DNA of 64,000 nucleotides from an uncultured Candidatus Saccharibacteria bacterium (GTDB lineage Bacteria; Patescibacteriota; Doudnabacteria; UBA920): NCBI GenBank assembly GCA_964416765.1, contig CAYQEU010000001.1, positions 276,480 to 340,479 of the forward strand, read 5' to 3'. Shown piece by piece: positions 37,699 to 46,967 of this stretch (position 1 is its first letter; each line of letters starts with the position of its first letter). The notes under the pieces were generated by a model. It saw only the letters and a program-made list of their open reading frames with translations, ran no database searches and was not told where the DNA came from. The position numbers and the translations under genes were made by a program.

Positions 37699-38318
37699 AT
37701 GAACAAACATCAAGCCGAGACAATCCGTACGTACAACCAGCGTGCTAAGCACTATATGAAAAATACTTGGGCTATGGTGCCTAATGCTCGCAAGGAATTT
37801 GCGGCCGAATTACCCCAAGACTCTTTGATATTGGACGCGGGTTGCGGGGCGGCAGGGATTCCAAATTTTTCCTATCACAGGGACACAAGGTCATCGGTAT
37901 TGATATCTCCAAGGAGTTTATAAAAGAAGCTCGCAAGCGAGTCCCCGCAGCCCGTTTTATTCAAATGGACCTGACAAAATTGAAGCTAAAACCTGAGAGT
38001 TTCGATGGAGTTTGGGCCAATGCCAGCCTGCTACATTTGCAGCGAAAACAGGTTTTGCCCGTGCTTAAGAGCTTCTATAAAATTTTGAAACCTGGTGGTT
38101 TGCTTGATGTAAAGGTAAAAAAGGGGACAGGAGAAGCAGTAATATCAGAGCGGCTCTCAGGTGGTTTTAGTAGATATTTCACGTTTTTCAGCAAAAAAGA
38201 GGTTGAAGATCTCTTTAAGAAGGCGGGGTTCAGGGTTATTTTTTCAGACTTTAGCAAAGACCCTTTTGGGCGTAGCAAAATTAAGTGGATTACCGTTTGG
38301 GGCCGGAAGCCCCAATAA
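37699..38318 (+). pseudogene. Class I SAM-dependent methyltransferase split by a 1-nt deletion
   Basis: ILDAGCG in one frame and GRDSKFF...GIDIS in the other; junction in the G run at 37846-37849. Confidence 0.75.
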
Positions 38319-38559
38319 TCCGGTGGGGAAATAAGCCGTCTTGCTAAAAACCACTCAGAGGGGTAGTATTAGAAAATAATCCTTATTTGTAAGGGTTATT
38401 TTTATTTTTTGGCTTAAATAAGCCATGTTGTTTTGCAATACGCTTGACAAAATTATGAAAATGATGTATATTGCTAAGATTTAGCTTTGATAGTCGGTCG
38501 AAGTGAAATCATTTGTTTTAATTAAGCGTTATATTCATATAATTAAACCCATAGTTTCT

Positions 38560-41331
38560 ATGTCACACATAATGAAATTGAAGTCTATTGCGGGTTCCAG
38601 CTTTGGTTTGGCTACCGGAGCCATTTTGTTTGCCGCTTTGGCAACCATCATGGTTTTGGTGCCTCGCATTAACAGCGTATCCAAAGCCGAATCCTGCCCG
38701 AACCCTCCGGACCACGCAGTCTTGAACTACTGGCCAGTGAGTTTTGAACCTAGCCAGACCGGTTGTACCGATTTTACTACCGTAGACGGTCACCTGGTTT
38801 CCGGGGGTTCCTATTCTACCAGCCAGGCCGATTATGATAACGGCTTGCAGATGGCAGATGGCGACGAAGCCTACATCCGCACCTACGTCCACAACGGCGC
38901 TGCCCAGAATGGCGACCCTAACCAGACTACCGCCCAGAACGTCCAGTTGGACGTAAGCATCGCCAACACTGCTTCGGCAGACCACGGCGTCACTGCTTCC
39001 TGGCACGGCAGCAACACCAACACCGCTAGCGGTACTTTCGTGTTGCATACCCCAGCTAACCGCACCGTTGAAATTGTCCCAAACAGTGGGGAATTGTTCG
39101 ACGCGTTCGGCAACCGTTTGGCCGCTAACATTGATTTGTCTTCCGGCCACTACACCTTGGGCAACCAGCAGGCTTGTTTCGAATTCGCCCGCTTCTTGCG
39201 CTTTAAGGTTCGCATGGTAAACGCTGGTGCTCCTACCCTATCCATTACCAAACAGGTGCGCAACGTAACCCGTGGTGAAAGCAACTTCTCTTCTTCGACT
39301 AACGCTACCACCGGTGATACCGTCCAGTACCAGATCCGCGTAAGCAACACCGGTTCCGCGATCGCCAACAACACTACTGTTACCGATACCGGTACCAACG
39401 GCACCACTTTTGTGGCGGGCTCATTGCAGACCACCATGGGTACCGGCAGTACTATCCCTGGCACTATCAACATCGGCAACCTGCCGAATGGCCAGTCTGC
39501 CACTATCACTTATAACTCTACCGTAACTGGCGGCGCCGGTTCCTACGTTAACACCGCTACCGCTCAGGCAACTGGGATCTCCCCTGTTACCGCCACCGCA
39601 ACCGTTAACGTAAGCGTGGTTAACAATACAAATAACGCTGAATGTGTGGGCGTTACTTTGAGCCCAGCCAGTCCTTTTAGCCCGAACCAGGCCTTTACCG
39701 GCACTATTACCGTACGCAACAACGGCAGCACTACTTGGGTTCCGGCCAACGGTTACGCTTTGGGTTCCCAAAACCCGCAGGACAACACTACCTGGGGTTC
39801 CAACCGCATTAACTTAGGCACTCCAGTGGCTCCTGGCCAGCAGGCTATCCTGAACATCAGCACCCACGCCCCTGCTACTGCCGGCACTTACAACTTTGCC
39901 TGGCAGATGGTCCAGAACGGCCAATTCTTCGGCGCGATTTGTCAGACCCCGGTTGTGGTTAACCCGGTTCAACCCCAGAACACCACCCTGGCTTTGACCA
40001 AGAATGTCCGCAATGTTACTCAGGGCACTGGCTACCAGAAAACCGTTAGCGCCAACACTGGCGACACCGTACAGTACGAAGTCCGCATCCGCAACACTGG
40101 CTCCGTTACCGCCCGCACCGTCACTTTGACTGATAACGGCACTTCCGGCACCCAGTTCATCAGCGGTTCCATTGATGTAACACCAGCCCCGGTAAACACC
40201 AGTTTGGCTTTGGGTACCATCCCTGGCACCCTGAACCTCGGTGATTTGACCGCTGGACAGGAAATGGTTGTTCACTACAGCATGCGCGTTACCGGCGGCC
40301 CGGGAACTTACCCGAACACCGCTACCGCCCAGGCCAGCAACACCAATTCTGCCTCTGATACCGCCCAGGTTATTGTTAACCCGACCTGTACCAACAATTG
40401 TGGCGGTACTTACTCCATCGCGGTTGATAAGCAGGTTCGCAATTTGACCAACAACGGCTCTTACTCTAACTCTGCTTCAGCCGTTAACGGCGACCGCGTG
40501 CAGTTCCAAATTGTGGTTACCAACACTGGTACCCTGCAGTTGAGCAATGTCCGCTTGTCTGACGTATTGCCTTCCGGCCTGAACCTGGATAACTCCAGCC
40601 TGGCTATCGACGGCACGTTGATCTCTTCTTCTGACATCAACAACGTTGTAATCGGCACCTTGGCTCCCGGCGCGCGTAAGACCTTTACTTTCGTGTCCAC
40701 TGTCAGCCGCAACGTTACCCCTTGTACTTCCACCTCTCTCCAGAACATTGCCCGCGCTTCCGCTGACAGCGTAGGTACTGTCCAGGACGATGCCTTCGTA
40801 ACCGTTGGCTGTGTCCAAGGCTCCAATATCAACCTGGTCTTCTCCAAGAAGGCTTGGAACGATACCAAGAACGTCGATGCTACATCTACCAACGCTGCTC
40901 GTGAAGACTTCATCACTTACACCCTGACCGTTACCAACACTGGTAACTCTGATGCCAACAACTTCGTCATCACCGATGACCTGTCTGGAGTCCTGCCTTA
41001 CGCCGACTTTGTCGACAACGGCCAGGGCGGCACCTTGAGCGGTAACGTGATTACCTTCCCGGCTGTAACCGTACCGGCTGGCGGAACCGTCACCAAGACC
41101 TTCCGCGTCCGCGTTAAGTACAGCTTGAGCAATTCCCTGACTTACCAGCTGCGCAACACTTACGGTAACACCGTGTTGATCAACGTTGGGTCTGTCTTGG
41201 GTGCTTCCACCTTCGTAGCCCCGGTTACCGGCGCTACCGGCCAGGCCGCCGTCTCTTTTGCCGGTCTCTTGGTCGCAGGCTTCGTGGCCTACAAGAAGCG
41301 CTCCTTCCTGAAGAAGCTCATCTTGGCCTAA
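38560..41331 (+). CDS. Large surface protein with DUF11-like Ig repeats, an NBR1-like Ig domain and a C-terminal PxTG-TM-basic tail
   Basis: Four LSITKQVRN...GDTVQYQIRVSNTG-type repeats; APVTG + hydrophobic stretch + KKRSFLKK; start uncertain (38503-38572). Confidence 0.8.
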   Translation: MSHIMKLKSIAGSSFGLATGAILFAALATIMVLVPRINSVSKAESCPNPPDHAVLNYWPVSFEPSQTGCTDFTTVDGHLVSGGSYSTSQADYDNGLQMADGDEAYIRTYVHNGAAQNGDPNQTTAQNVQLDVSIANTASADHGVTASWHGSNTNTASGTFVLHTPANRTVEIVPNSGELFDAFGNRLAANIDLSSGHYTLGNQQACFEFARFLRFKVRMVNAGAPTLSITKQVRNVTRGESNFSSSTNATTGDTVQYQIRVSNTGSAIANNTTVTDTGTNGTTFVAGSLQTTMGTGSTIPGTINIGNLPNGQSATITYNSTVTGGAGSYVNTATAQATGISPVTATATVNVSVVNNTNNAECVGVTLSPASPFSPNQAFTGTITVRNNGSTTWVPANGYALGSQNPQDNTTWGSNRINLGTPVAPGQQAILNISTHAPATAGTYNFAWQMVQNGQFFGAICQTPVVVNPVQPQNTTLALTKNVRNVTQGTGYQKTVSANTGDTVQYEVRIRNTGSVTARTVTLTDNGTSGTQFISGSIDVTPAPVNTSLALGTIPGTLNLGDLTAGQEMVVHYSMRVTGGPGTYPNTATAQASNTNSASDTAQVIVNPTCTNNCGGTYSIAVDKQVRNLTNNGSYSNSASAVNGDRVQFQIVVTNTGTLQLSNVRLSDVLPSGLNLDNSSLAIDGTLISSSDINNVVIGTLAPGARKTFTFVSTVSRNVTPCTSTSLQNIARASADSVGTVQDDAFVTVGCVQGSNINLVFSKKAWNDTKNVDATSTNAAREDFITYTLTVTNTGNSDANNFVITDDLSGVLPYADFVDNGQGGTLSGNVITFPAVTVPAGGTVTKTFRVRVKYSLSNSLTYQLRNTYGNTVLINVGSVLGASTFVAPVTGATGQAAVSFAGLLVAGFVAYKKRSFLKKLILA

Positions 41332-41344
41332 TCGCTTAGTTTTT

Positions 41345-41372
41345 AACCCGCCTCTTTCCGAGGCGGGTTTTT
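41345..41372 (+). terminator. Terminator
   Basis: aacccgcctc-tttcc-gaggcgggttttt. Confidence 0.8.
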
Positions 41373-41507
41373 GTTTTGGCGAATTTTCACAAAAAAATTT
41401 GCGTCTTTGGTTTTTGGTGCTATACTGGAGAAAACTAAAGATCAAAAATAAAAAGACAACCAGCTTTTCAATTTCGAGGCTGGTTTTATTATTTATTTTT
41501 TGAATTA

Positions 41508-42656
41508 ATGGATAATCAATACCTCCAAGAGCTTATCGCGGAAGTAAAGCGTCGCCCTGGCGGCCTGCTCCTGACCGTGGCAGGCACCTCAGAAGCCGTA
41601 GTTTTGACCATAGACAGGTATAATGAACTTATGCAGCAACTAAACCAGGCAAGTCCCGCCACCCAAACCCAAACTGCAGGCAGTGCCAGCGGCGTCCAGA
41701 AGCCCTTAACCGTGCTGGTAGTGGGCGGAGCGGGCTATATTGGCAGCCATGCCGTCCGGTTGCTCCTGAAGGCCGGGCACAAGGTTATCGTGGCCGATAA
41801 CCTAACCACGGGGACGCGCTCGTACGTGCCCGAAGAGGCGGTTTTTCACGAGGGCGATATAGGGGACAGCCAGTTTTTGGATAGTATTTTCGACAGTTAC
41901 CCGGTGGACGCAGTCATGCATTTTGCCGCCAGTATTGAGGTGGAGGAATCCACCAGGGAGCCGGAGAAATACTTTGTGAACAATACACTCGGTACTGTTA
42001 CCCTGCTCCGCGCCATGGACCGCCACGGGGTCAAAAACATAATTTTCTCTTCCACCGCGGCAGTTTATGGCGAACCGGAAAAGACCCCAATTGCCGAGGA
42101 CGCCACCCTTGCTCCCATTAACCCTTATGGCCACAGCAAGCTATTGGCGGAACAAGCCATCCAGTTCTACACCGCCTACCGCGGGTTCCACGCCGTTGTG
42201 TTCCGGTACTTCAATGCCTGCGGCTCGGACTTCGACGGCAAATTGCTGGACGGCCATATCTCCCACCTTATCCCGATTGTCCGGGAGGTCGTTAAGGGCG
42301 AACGCCCATTCCTTACCATATACGGCAACGACTATGATACCGCTGACGGAACCTGCATCCGCGATTACGTCCATGTTTTGGACATAGCTGGCGCCCATTT
42401 AGCCGCCTTGCCCCGTTTGGGGGGGCTAGAACCGTTCGCGGTGTTTAATATTGGCACCGGGCGAGGGGCGAGCGTTGAGCAGGTGGCCCAGGCTACCATG
42501 GAAGTTACCGGCCGGATGATCACTTTAGAGATTGGTCCGCGCCGTGAAGGCGATCCGGCTATCTTGGTGGCAGACAACCGCAAACTAAAGGAACAGCTGG
42601 GGTATGAATTGCAATACAGCGATTTGGAAACTATAATTAAGACGAGCATGCACTAG
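41508..42656 (+). CDS. galE: UDP-glucose 4-epimerase with an N-terminal extension
   Basis: GGAGYIGSH, HFAA, FSSTAAVYG, PYGHSK, RYFN, RDYVHV. Confidence 0.93.
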   Translation: MDNQYLQELIAEVKRRPGGLLLTVAGTSEAVVLTIDRYNELMQQLNQASPATQTQTAGSASGVQKPLTVLVVGGAGYIGSHAVRLLLKAGHKVIVADNLTTGTRSYVPEEAVFHEGDIGDSQFLDSIFDSYPVDAVMHFAASIEVEESTREPEKYFVNNTLGTVTLLRAMDRHGVKNIIFSSTAAVYGEPEKTPIAEDATLAPINPYGHSKLLAEQAIQFYTAYRGFHAVVFRYFNACGSDFDGKLLDGHISHLIPIVREVVKGERPFLTIYGNDYDTADGTCIRDYVHVLDIAGAHLAALPRLGGLEPFAVFNIGTGRGASVEQVAQATMEVTGRMITLEIGPRREGDPAILVADNRKLKEQLGYELQYSDLETIIKTSMH

Positions 42657-42684
42657 CTCGTCTTTTTCTTAACTTCTTAGAACG

Positions 42685-43029
42685 ATGTCCCAGAACTTAA
42701 ACACCATAATGCCCAACCTAGGCACCGCGCACCATGTTTATGTAGGCGGACACGCCATGGGCAAGATTAGCGCTGGAGGGCATATATACGACAAGTTAGG
42801 GCACAAGGTAGGTAGCGTGGAAAAGAATGGCACTGTCCGTGACCATTTCGGGCATAAGGTAGGGAAAATAGGTGAACACGGCGCGATATATGACAAGTGG
42901 AGCAGTCATGCCCAGTTTCATACCGAAGGCAAGGTAATCCGCGACCACAGCGGTAAGGTGGTGGCCCAGAGCTCTGGCGGCAGCCTTGGCGGCGCAGCCA
43001 TGCTTTTAATGCTAAACAAGGACCAATAA
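42685..43029 (+). CDS. His/Gly-rich short beta-repeat protein
   Basis: Repeats of GxIxDxxGHKVG. Confidence 0.65.
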   Translation: MSQNLNTIMPNLGTAHHVYVGGHAMGKISAGGHIYDKLGHKVGSVEKNGTVRDHFGHKVGKIGEHGAIYDKWSSHAQFHTEGKVIRDHSGKVVAQSSGGSLGGAAMLLMLNKDQ

Positions 43030-43258
43030 AACAAAAATTGCCACTCCCCTGCTAAATTTTTTAATTTTTTGTACTCCCCTGGCTTAGGCCAGTTTTTTTG
43101 CGCTCGGCCAAATACTCTTCCAAAACAGCCATAAATAAGGGGAATTATAGCTCATTGACTTTTAGTCTTAAATGTGCTATAATTATATTAAGTGTCTGGC
43201 TAAGTTTTACGGGCACAAAACAATAGGCGCGAGCCTTAAAAATCGGAGGGAACTAGTT

Positions 43259-43792
43259 ATGAAGAAACGAATTCTGACGGTCGCGGTAATTATGGGCGTT
43301 TTGCTTTTTCTGGTCGGTGCGGTTATTACCGTCCTCACCGTGAATCTGCACAGCGCGGCTCCCGCTACCGCAAGAGTCATTAAGGACAGCAACCTGCGAC
43401 TGCTCCAGCAGAAAATACTCGGCGACTCGTCGGGCATGGAGTACGTCCATTTTGAGGAAGGCGACGGTCTGGTTTACGCGCTTCGCGTTAACCGGGACAA
43501 AGACTTCTTCTACACGGTTCACGACCAAGTGTCGGGCAACGAGTATCGTTTTCTCGACAGCAATCTCGACGGGACAATCTCCGACGGGATGGTCGTGGTC
43601 AATGACAGCTCGGTTGAGGGTTACAAAAGAGTCCAATGCCGGGTTGCGGCGGGAAAAGTTGTCTTCGGTGACTGCACCGACGACTTCGTCCGCAAGCTGG
43701 ACGCCGGTTTTCGCAAGAACATCTACGCCCACTACGGCGTGTTGGACGAAAACCAGCCTGCTGCCAAAGGCAGCACCCGCACCTCGCTTTAG
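43259..43792 (+). CDS. Hypothetical exported or membrane-anchored protein
   Basis: GGAGGG RBS; N-terminal TM. Confidence 0.65.
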   Translation: MKKRILTVAVIMGVLLFLVGAVITVLTVNLHSAAPATARVIKDSNLRLLQQKILGDSSGMEYVHFEEGDGLVYALRVNRDKDFFYTVHDQVSGNEYRFLDSNLDGTISDGMVVVNDSSVEGYKRVQCRVAAGKVVFGDCTDDFVRKLDAGFRKNIYAHYGVLDENQPAAKGSTRTSL

Positions 43793-43981
43793 CACTCGCA
43801 ACTTCCATAACTTCAACCATTGAGCCCGGATCGACCTTTAAAGTCTTTCCGGGTTCTTTGTTTTATCGGGCGCAATTTGGTGTGGACATAAAGCCGACGC
43901 CTATAAGAATAAGCAGGCCAGTAAAATAAGAAGTTTTTGCGCTGCCTGTCGTTTTATGCTATAATTTATGCACAATTTAAT

Positions 43982-44094
43982 ATTATCCAGAGTGGCGGCG
44001 AGGGAACTGACCCCGCGACCCGCCCGGCAACCTCTGTTTGTGCCCTTGGCATAAGCAAGCTGGTGCCTCATTCAGCCCGCAAGGGAAAGATAAT
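43982..44094 (+). ncRNA. SAM-I riboswitch
   Basis: TTATCCAGAG-TGG-CGAGGGA-CTGACCC..GA..CC-GGCAACC...GGTGC...AAAGATAA; terminator at 44109-44131; upstream of metK. Confidence 0.9.
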
Positions 44095-44149
44095 TGGAAT
44101 ATCTACTTCGGGCGTTTGTAGCCCGTTTTTTATTTGTAATTTTCTAAAG

Positions 44150-45085
44150 ATGTTAAAGACTGCTGAGTTTATTACCCCCAGGCACCCTGACAAAATTTGC
44201 GACCTCATCGCGGATACTATTTTAGACGCGTACTTAGCTGGCGACCCGGCCAGCCGGGTGGCAGTGGAAGTTTTGGGGGGTCATGGCAAAATTATGATCA
44301 CCGGGGAAGTTACTTCCCATACCCATCCCGAAGTGGAAAGCCTGGTCAAACAGATTGAACCAAACTGTGAAGTGGAGGTGCGCCTGGTTAAACAGAGCCC
44401 CGAAATTGCCCGTGGCGTGGATATTGGCGGCGCCGGGGACCAGGGGATTATGGTTGGGTACGCCTGCCGTGACACCGAAAATCTGATGCCCTTGGAATAT
44501 GAGCTGGCGCGCAAGCTATGCCAAGAGCTATACGAAATTTACCCTTTTGACGGCAAAGTCCAGGTGACGATTGAGGGCACCAAGGTGCAGACCGTGGTCG
44601 CCAGCTTCCAGAACGCGCCAACAGGAGATTTGTTAAAACATGTTCAAGCGTTTTTGCCGGCCGAGCAGTATTTGATAAACCCGGCGGGGGACTGGACCCA
44701 GGGCGGCTTTGACGCGGACTCGGGGTTGTCCGGCCGCAAGCTCGTGGCGGACAGTTACGGGCCGCAGGTCGCCATCGGCGGCGGGTCATTTTCGGGAAAG
44801 GATTATACCAAAGTTGACCGCAGCGGGGCGTATATGGCCCGCCGTGTCGCGGTCGATTTTTTAAAAAAATACAATTGTCAAAGTGTAACAATACGGCTTG
44901 CCTATGCGATAGGTAGGGTGAATCCGGTAATGGCAGTGGGTTTGTTGGATGATAACCGTTTTATACCGGTAAACGGTTACGACTTAAGCCCAACAGGCAT
45001 CAAGAATGCACTTCGTCTCGAGCAAGTTGCATACGCCACCACTGCGAACTGGGGACACTTCGGTCGCGGTTTCAACTGGGACTGA
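44150..45085 (+). CDS. metK: S-adenosylmethionine synthetase (short form, 311 aa)
   Basis: HPDKICD, GAGDQG, GGGSFSGKD, KVDRSGAY. Confidence 0.95.
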   Translation: MLKTAEFITPRHPDKICDLIADTILDAYLAGDPASRVAVEVLGGHGKIMITGEVTSHTHPEVESLVKQIEPNCEVEVRLVKQSPEIARGVDIGGAGDQGIMVGYACRDTENLMPLEYELARKLCQELYEIYPFDGKVQVTIEGTKVQTVVASFQNAPTGDLLKHVQAFLPAEQYLINPAGDWTQGGFDADSGLSGRKLVADSYGPQVAIGGGSFSGKDYTKVDRSGAYMARRVAVDFLKKYNCQSVTIRLAYAIGRVNPVMAVGLLDDNRFIPVNGYDLSPTGIKNALRLEQVAYATTANWGHFGRGFNWD

Positions 45086-45117
45086 AGCGGAAATTAAAAA
45101 TTCAGGAAGGAGAAGTT

Positions 45118-45480
45118 ATGGACTCAACAGTGTCACCTCGTACAAAACCTTTGTACCGCGGCACCCAAGTAGTCTGGTACCTTGCCGGCCTGCTGGAAAT
45201 TATTCTTGCATTCCGATTTCTGCTGAGACTCTTCGGCGCTAATCCCGATGCAGGATTTACCAGCATAATTTATTCGCTGAGTGCCCCGTTTGTTGCGCCG
45301 TTCATGGCCGTATTTAACATCCAGCGCGTGGAGGGAAGCGCGAGCGTAGTGGAATGGACCACCCTGCTTGCCATGCTGGTATACTGGCTCATCGCGTGGG
45401 CCATCGTTAGACTGCTGGTCATGGGCAAGGACGTTTCAACGCCGGAGGCAGCCGTCAGGCTGGAAGACCAAGATAAGTAA
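45118..45480 (+). CDS. YggT-like membrane protein
   Basis: RFLLRLFGANP...APFVAPF. Confidence 0.75.
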   Translation: MDSTVSPRTKPLYRGTQVVWYLAGLLEIILAFRFLLRLFGANPDAGFTSIIYSLSAPFVAPFMAVFNIQRVEGSASVVEWTTLLAMLVYWLIAWAIVRLLVMGKDVSTPEAAVRLEDQDK

Positions 45481-45502
45481 AACGTTTCGAAAGGAGAAAC
45501 CT

Positions 45503-45727
45503 ATGGCAACTGTCATAAACAACCCACCCGAACGAGTAGAACGCGTGGAAACAGTCCGCGAGGGAGGAAGTGGAGTTGGCACCGTAGTCGCCGCCATCAT
45601 TTTGCTCCTCGTGCTGATACTGTTCGTAGCGTACGGCTTGCCAGCCCTGCGCCACAGCACTCGTTCGAGCAACGTTACGGTTCCAAGCAATGTGAACCTT
45701 AATGTCAGCGGGTCGGTAAACCGCTAA
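45503..45727 (+). CDS. Small single-TM protein
   Basis: AAGGAG RBS; MATVINNP... Confidence 0.65.
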   Translation: MATVINNPPERVERVETVREGGSGVGTVVAAIILLLVLILFVAYGLPALRHSTRSSNVTVPSNVNLNVSGSVNR

Positions 45728-45771
45728 CATCGCTAACTAATTAACAAATCAATTAATTGAAAGGAAATTAT

Positions 45772-45873
45772 ATGTTCCAAGACAACAACAATCAAAACTC
45801 AGGTACTGACAACAACGAAGACCAGAACCAGGGCGGCCAAGGCGGCCAGGGTTCCGAAGGCGGTAACCAGTAA
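45772..45873 (+). CDS. 33-aa Asn/Gln/Gly-rich peptide
   Basis: AAGGA RBS; MFQDNNNQNSGTDNNEDQNQGGQGGQGSEGGNQ*. Confidence 0.5.
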   Translation: MFQDNNNQNSGTDNNEDQNQGGQGGQGSEGGNQ

Positions 45874-45895
45874 TTAATCATTAAGACCTAATATT

Positions 45896-46159
45896 ATGGG
45901 AATCATTTTATGGATCATTTTTGGGGCTTTAGTGGGATGGATTGCCTCCTTGATCATGAAAACTGACGCAGAACAGGGCCCGTTGATGAACATCATCGTA
46001 GGGATCATCGGCGCGGTTCTCGGAGGGATACTAATGAACTTCCTCGGCCAGGGCGGCGTGAGCGGTTTCAACCTCTACAGCTTCATAGTCGCTTTGCTCG
46101 GGGCAATAGTTCTTATCGCTATCGTCAAAGCATTTACTAGAAGGGGCGTTACCCGCTAG
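45896..46159 (+). CDS. GlsB/YeaQ/YmgE family stress membrane protein
   Basis: MGIILWIIFGALVGWIAS...NIIVGIIGAVLGG. Confidence 0.9.
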   Translation: MGIILWIIFGALVGWIASLIMKTDAEQGPLMNIIVGIIGAVLGGILMNFLGQGGVSGFNLYSFIVALLGAIVLIAIVKAFTRRGVTR

Positions 46160-46268
46160 TACTAACACTTACATAAAAAACCAGGACAGCCGCTTTATGC
46201 CAGGGCTTAGCCCTGGTTTTTTATTGGTTTTTGTTGGCAATGGCATCTTTTTAAGGCATAATAAAAGC

Positions 46269-46967
46269 ATGAACAAACACCAAAATCCGGAATCAGCACC
46301 GGGTCACGAAGAAGGGAATCGCGCAGAAGATGAGGCCGGCGAAGTTACAAACAGTGAAAGTCCGGAAAAACAAAATGTATTCAGTTTTACCACTGGTCAG
46401 CAGGTCGAAAAACCTGAGGACTTGCCGGTAAGCGAGCATGAACTCGAAGAACAGCGCCTGACCCAGGAAATTGAACGGGTGAACCTGGAAACTGAAGAGT
46501 TGGTCCGGGAACGGAACGCCATGCAAGGCGAGTTGAATACTCTCTCTGCCAAATTCAGAGAGCAAGCCCAGGCGAACCAAGAAGTAATGAGCTATACCCA
46601 GCAAATCAATGCCTTAGAAAAGCGGCACAAAAACCTGGAAGTAAAATACAACCCCCGTCTTAGCCGCGTAATGCGCCCGCTCGTGGAAAGGTTTAGCAAA
46701 CGGCAGGCGAACCGTCGGGAGCTGGAGAAACAAATTGAGGCATTTAAACAGAAACGTCTCCAGGTATTTGACGAGAAGCGCAAGGAAGATGTTACGCTTC
46801 CGTCGGGCGAAACCGCTCGTGTTACAGTTGACATCCATGGTTTGCAGCAGACACTCAGGCAATTGCGAAGCAGCGTGCGGGCGCATAATATCCTCATTCA
46901 AGCCAAATTGGAAGAAAAGAGAACTTTAACCAACACATTAACCAATTTACAGACGCGTGGACGTTAG
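46269..46967 (+). CDS. Coiled-coil hypothetical protein
   Basis: E/Q/R-rich heptads. Confidence 0.65.
   Translation: MNKHQNPESAPGHEEGNRAEDEAGEVTNSESPEKQNVFSFTTGQQVEKPEDLPVSEHELEEQRLTQEIERVNLETEELVRERNAMQGELNTLSAKFREQAQANQEVMSYTQQINALEKRHKNLEVKYNPRLSRVMRPLVERFSKRQANRRELEKQIEAFKQKRLQVFDEKRKEDVTLPSGETARVTVDIHGLQQTLRQLRSSVRAHNILIQAKLEEKRTLTNTLTNLQTRGR

Noticed and set aside
40477-41445. 322-aa minus-strand ORF and similar long antisense ORFs
   Set aside because: Shadows of strongly codon-biased genes on the opposite strand.
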